Of a DNA stretch of 64,000 nucleotides, positions 59,416 through 64,000 are shown in pieces; positions within the stretch are counted from its first letter, which is position 1; every line of letters begins with the position of its first letter. The DNA comes from an uncultured Gemmatimonadales bacterium. Its GTDB lineage: Bacteria > Gemmatimonadota > Gemmatimonadetes > Longimicrobiales > Gaopeijiaceae. The stretch is from contig CAWGKG010000005.1 of assembly GCA_963823035.1 (NCBI GenBank), positions 160,001 through 224,000 of the forward strand. The letters run 5' to 3'. Both the position numbers and the translations under genes were made by a program. The notes beneath the pieces are model-generated. The model was not told the origin of the DNA, did not search any database, and saw only the letters and a list, made by a program, of their open reading frames with translations.

Positions 59416-62400
59416 CTACCACCCCGGAGCCAGGTTGAAGCCCCAGTGCCAGCCCTTTCCGGCCGCTGCCACGGGTAGGCGTAGTAGGCCTCGAGGATCA
59501 TGAACCCGAGGATGTTGAAGCGGGCGGAGACACCGGTGGACACGACCGGGATCCGTTCCGAGGAGGATCGGCTCCACTCGAGCTTGGCGGGATTCTGGTC
59601 GTCCCACGCAAGCCCACCGTCCGCGAACAGCACCAGCTCGGTGGGCAGGAAGGGGAAGTTGATGATCCCGTACTGCTCCACGCCGATGAGCGGGATGCGC
59701 GCCTCGAGGTTGGCCACGGCCAGCCGCTGCCCGAAGAGGCGGTTGAACGCCGGGCAGGAGTTGTCCGCGGTGGCGGTGGCGGCACACTCGTTCCCGGAGA
59801 AGCTCTCGTAGGCGTAGCCGCGGATGAACGTCTCGTAGCCCAGGAAGAGCGGCCGCAGGAGGCCGAAGCCGTCCTGGCTGTTCTCCTCCGCGGAGAGGCC
59901 GTAGCGCCCGAAGTGCAGCCCGCGCATGCCGATGGTCAGGTTCTTGGTCGGGCTGTAGTAGCGGCGCCAGTCCGCGATGATCGTCGTGAAGTTCGCCGTC
60001 CCCCAGGTCTGCTCCACCTCGAGGCGGTAGCGTCCCCCACGGATCGGGCTGACGAAGCCGAAGAAGGCGTTGTCACCCACGATGGCCGCCGAGGTCTGGA
60101 ACATGTTCAGGGGAGGCGGCGTCTGGTCGTTCAGGTTCTCCCGCTTGAAGTCGATCACCTGCCCGAAATCGTTGACGTAGTACTTGTCGATCTCGAGGTC
60201 GTAGCTGTAGCGGGTTGCCCCGGCGGAGAACTCGATCCGTCTCGTCGACGAGAACGGATAGGAGACCTGCCCCTGCGCCGAGGTCTGGAAGATCCGGTAG
60301 CGGTTCAGGCCGCAGGTAGTTCCCGGTGTCGTCGGTCCCGTAGTTGTAGTACCCGAGCAGGTAGGGGATACGGCCTCCGCCCACGCCCCAGTTCCACCGA
60401 TGCGACATGTTCGCGTAGAACACCTGGCCGCCGATGTCCTTGAACGTCCCCTGCGCCTGGACGGCCACACCCAGCACCCGATTGCCCAGCATGTCGCTGA
60501 AGTAGGCGGACGCACCCCCTCCGATGTAGTTCCCGAAGTTGTCCGTCCCGACACCGAGGCTCGGCTGGCCCACGTAGTCCAGCGACAGCGACGAGTCGTA
60601 GTCCTTCGTGTCCTGCTGCAGGGAGTAGACCCCCGGCGCCACCAGCCCGGTCTCGGCGTCGGCCAGATAGGACGCCACCCGGCTGAACCGATCGGGATTG
60701 GTCGGCACCAGCTTGCGGCCCGGCTGCTCGTCGGCCCGCTCCGGCACCTGCGCGACCGTCCCCATGTCCGGATCCATGCCGTTCACGTGGAACTCGAGCG
60801 AGTCGAAGACCGAGAACGCCATCCGCCCCGTCTTCGCGGCCACGGTCATCGCGGGCGAGATGTAGGTGTGCCCGCTCACGCCCGTCGCGATGTTCGTGAT
60901 CCGCCGCACGTCCCCGTTTTCGAGGTCCAGCCGGTAGATGTCGCTGAACCCGTCCTGGTCGGAGATGAAGAAGAGGCTCCGTCCGTCGGGCGAATACTGC
61001 GGGTTGATGTGCTTGACGTTCCCGAACACGGGGACGACGCGGACCTGCTTCGTGCTCAGGTCCATCATCGCCAGCTGGAAGCGGGAGTAGGTCAGCTTCC
61101 CGAAGTTCGTCTCCGGACCGCGGTCCGACGTGAACGCCAGCGTCTTCCCGTCGGGCGACCAGGCGGGCTGCAGGTCCGCGAACTTGTCGTTGGTCAGCTG
61201 GGTCCGCTCGCCGGACTCCAGGTCGTACAGGTAGAGGTCGCTGATGCCGCCGACCATCCCGGAGAAGGCGATCGTCTTCCCGTCCGGCGACCACGCCGGG
61301 TTGTTCACGGCGCCGATGCCGTCGAAGCGGATGCGCTGCGTCTCGTCGCCGCTCGTCACGTCGACGATCACCATCTGGTTGTCACCGTCCGCCGTCACGA
61401 TGAAGGCGAAGTAGCGGCCGTCCGGAGACCACGTGCCGGACGAGTCGATGTAGCGCAGCGCCTCGATGTGCGGGTCCGAGTTGGCGCTCACGAGCTTCCG
61501 GATGATCTGGCCGGTGTGCGCGTCCGCGAGGTAGAGGTCGACGGTGAAGAGGTCCTTCTGCGACAGCGCCGCGACGTAGCGCCCGTCCGGGCTGATCGAG
61601 GGCGCGACGTTCATCGGGCCCCACCCCGTCGCCGGGGCGAGGAGGAGGTCGCCTGTCTCCGAGGGCGACGTCTTGCCCACCATCAGGGGGAGGTACTCCT
61701 CCGCCACCTTCTCCTTCCAGCGGATGGAGAGCGAGTCGGTCGGCATCCCGATCACCTGGCGGATGGCCGGCTCGAACCCGACCCGCAGCGAGCGCCGGTA
61801 GATCTGGATGACGGCGTCGTCTCCGTAGGTGCCGCCGATGTAGGCCCAGAGCGCCTGGCCGAAGCGGTAGGGGAAGAACTTCGTCGTGCGCGTCATCTGC
61901 TTGATGGTCGGCAGCTCGTCGCGCCGGATGGCGTCGCGGATCCACATCGCCGTCAGCGGGTCGTCACGACCGACCGAGAGGTACTCCGCCATGCCCTCGA
62001 TCAACCAGAGGGGGAGCGAGTTGAGGCCCTGCAGGCCGCCCCCGCGCCGCGACTGGGCGATGTTGTACTGGAAGGCGTGCACGAGCTCGTGGCCGAGGAC
62101 GTGGTCGGTGTCCCAGTAGGACCCCGTGAGCGGCATGATCACGCGGTTCTTCAGCGACTCGGTCACGCCGCCGGTGCCCTCGCCGATGGACCCGGAGAGC
62201 GTGTTGGTCTGCTGGAAGTCCGGATGGTCGGCGTAGATGATCACCGGCTTCGCCTGCTCGAACTCGTGCTGGAACGAGCGCGCGTACCGCTCGTACCACC
62301 GCTCCCCCATGCGCGCGACGTCTTCCACCGCCTCACCCTCGACCGGGTAGTAGTAGAAGTTGAAGTGCTCGGTGGGGAGGATCGAGAACGAGAAGTCCTG

Positions 62401-62526
62401 GTACTGGACCTTGTTGCGACCGAAATACTGCGCCGATCCAGCCTGCGGAGCGACTGCCAGCGCCGCGCCGGCCAGCGCGAGTGCCAACACGCCGACGCCG
62501 GGGCGGAAACCGCGAGTGTACTGCAT
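59416..62526 (-). CDS. Peptidase-like domain + PD40 propeller + Omp85/BamA-type barrel protein (frameshifts near 60310 and 59460)
   Basis: AQYFGRNKVQY, HELVH...WLIEGMAEY, WSPDG repeats, IRGY loop motif, C-terminal WHWGFNLAPGW. Confidence 0.85.
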
Positions 62527-62740
62527 GGTCGTCTTGCCTCTGGCCTGTGGAAACTGCCGCGCGAACGGCAGTATGCGGTCCCTGCCGCCACGGTTAGAAA
62601 ACCCCGCAATCCCGGGCACCGTTCCAATCGTGCGTTGCCCGACAGGGCGGCCCCACCGAGATTTCGCGGGCTCTTCCGGACGGCGGACGAGCAAGAAGCT
62701 TGCCCGCCGCCCACCGCGCTCATGCCGTCACCTACGTCCG

Positions 62741-63981
62741 ATGTCCATTCGCCTTTCGTTGTTAGCGCTTGTCGCGCTCGGTGCTTGTTCGCACGCCGAT
62801 CGGACCTCCTCGTCGCGGGGGCTCGTCCACGCGATCGAGTCGCCCGCAGGAGTGGGCAGTGGCGAGCCGTATCTGTCCACCTCGGAGGACGCCGTGGCCC
62901 TGAGCTGGCTCGAGGCGACGCCCGACGGAGGAACGGCGCTTCGCTTCGCCCGGCTGACCCGGACCGGGTGGGGCACGCCCCTCCGCGTCGTCGCCGGCCA
63001 GGACCTCCTCGTGAACTGGGCGGACTTCCCGTCGGTGATCGGTCGGGCGAGCGACGGTGCGCTGTGGGCGCACTGGCTCGTGAAACGAAGCGGGCCCGGC
63101 TTCGCCTACGACATCCGGCTCGCCTCGTCGAGAGACGGCGGCTCGACCTGGTCCGAAGCCTGGACGCCCCACGAGGACGGCACCGCGACCGAGCACGGCT
63201 TCGTCAGCCTCTTCCCGGACGGGAAGGGGATCGGCCTCGTGTGGCTCGACGGGCGCGGCTACGCCGAGGGGCCCGACGGCGGCGTCCCCCACCCAGGAGA
63301 TGACGCTCCGCCACCGGACCGTGGACGCGCGGTGGGCCGACCAGCCCGGACATCCTCCTGGACGGGCGGACCTGCGATTGCTGCCAGACGGACGCGGCGC
63401 GCACGTCGGATGGCGTGGTGGTGGTCTACCGCGACCGTAGCGTGGAAGGCATCCGCGACATCCACGTGATGCGACGGGTCGACGGCCGCTGGACCGCGGG
63501 CACGCCGGTGCACACCGACGGGTGGGCCATCGACGGCTGCCCGGTGAACGGACCCGCGGTGGATGCGCGCGGCGACCGCGTCGCGGTGGCCTGGTTCACG
63601 GGTGCGAACGACCAGCCGCGCGTCTACCTGGCCTACTCGGGGGACGGCGGCGCTTCCTTCGGGGATCCGATCCGCGTGGATGACGGCGACCCCTCCGGCC
63701 GGGTGGACGTCCGCATGCTCATGGACGGCAGCACCTTGGTGAGCTGGCTGGAACGCGATGCCGGAGGGAGCGCGGCGCTGCGGATCGCACCCTTCGACGC
63801 GGGTGGCCGCAGGGGCGAGCCCGTATCCGTGGCGGCCTCTTCGGCGGAGCGAGCGAGCGGCTTCCCCCGCATGGCGATCGTGCCGTGGAGCCCCGGTGAG
63901 GTCGTCGTCGCCTGGACCGACGTGTCCGTTGCGGACCGCCCGCAGGTCCGTCTGGCACGCGTGGAGGTGCCCGCATCATGA
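62741..63981 (+). CDS. BNR/Asp-box (sialidase-like) lipoprotein (frameshifts near 63290-63340)
   Basis: Lipobox LGAC, VNWADFP, SRDGGSTWS, WLDGR, TCDCCQT, GCPVNGP, SGDGGASF. Confidence 0.85.
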
Positions 63982-64000
63982 CGGCCCGCTTCGAACCGCG

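Noticed and set aside
34060..63350. Programmed frameshifting or true pseudogenisation of the split genes
   Set aside because: No consistent slippery motif, the indels hit unrelated conserved genes, and there is no nonsense decay; sequencing error is the simpler explanation.
1..64000. tRNA, rRNA, CRISPR array, integrase, reverse transcriptase or prophage genes
   Set aside because: None recognised on either strand by manual reading.

Overview
High-GC (about 70% by eye) bacterial chromosomal window. The gene repertoire (SusC/SusD pairs outside Bacteroidota, an ADOP-type permease, a Big_2/PD40 lipoprotein, many secreted peptidases) suggests Gemmatimonadota; this is inference. Left to right: (1) a 5'-truncated SNF2-like helicase of a type often found in defence loci, followed by a 1.5-kb pile of gene fragments; (2) an accessory block with a BASS transporter, a methyltransferase, a catalytically dead hydrolase-LuxR regulator with a tandem operator, an amidohydrolase, a FAD oxidase, an IS3 scar, a prolyl oligopeptidase and a GT-C membrane protein; (3) a complete chemotaxis operon (mcp-cheW-cheR-cheD-cheY-cheX-cheB-cheA) with two sigma28-like promoters; (4) an unannotated 54-aa Cys-rich membrane protein and an M90 peptidase; (5) a heavily structured 590-nt leader before two tandem SusC/SusD pairs and a GH18; (6) an orphan gluzincin and an orphan ADOP permease that share a TACGAA-N4-TTCGTA palindrome; (7) housekeeping-like genes (TlpA, lspA, CNNM, osmC, M14, SDR, M20, mlaEFD); (8) a sigma54-type promoter before a beta-barrel gene and a GY-rich secreted protein; (9) a cytochrome c3, a collapsed NapC-family pseudogene, a peptidase-propeller-Omp85 fusion and a BNR lipoprotein. 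Many single-base frameshifts right of 28 kb look like long-read consensus errors. I found no CRISPR array, rRNA or tRNA. All family calls come from motif recognition, not database searches.
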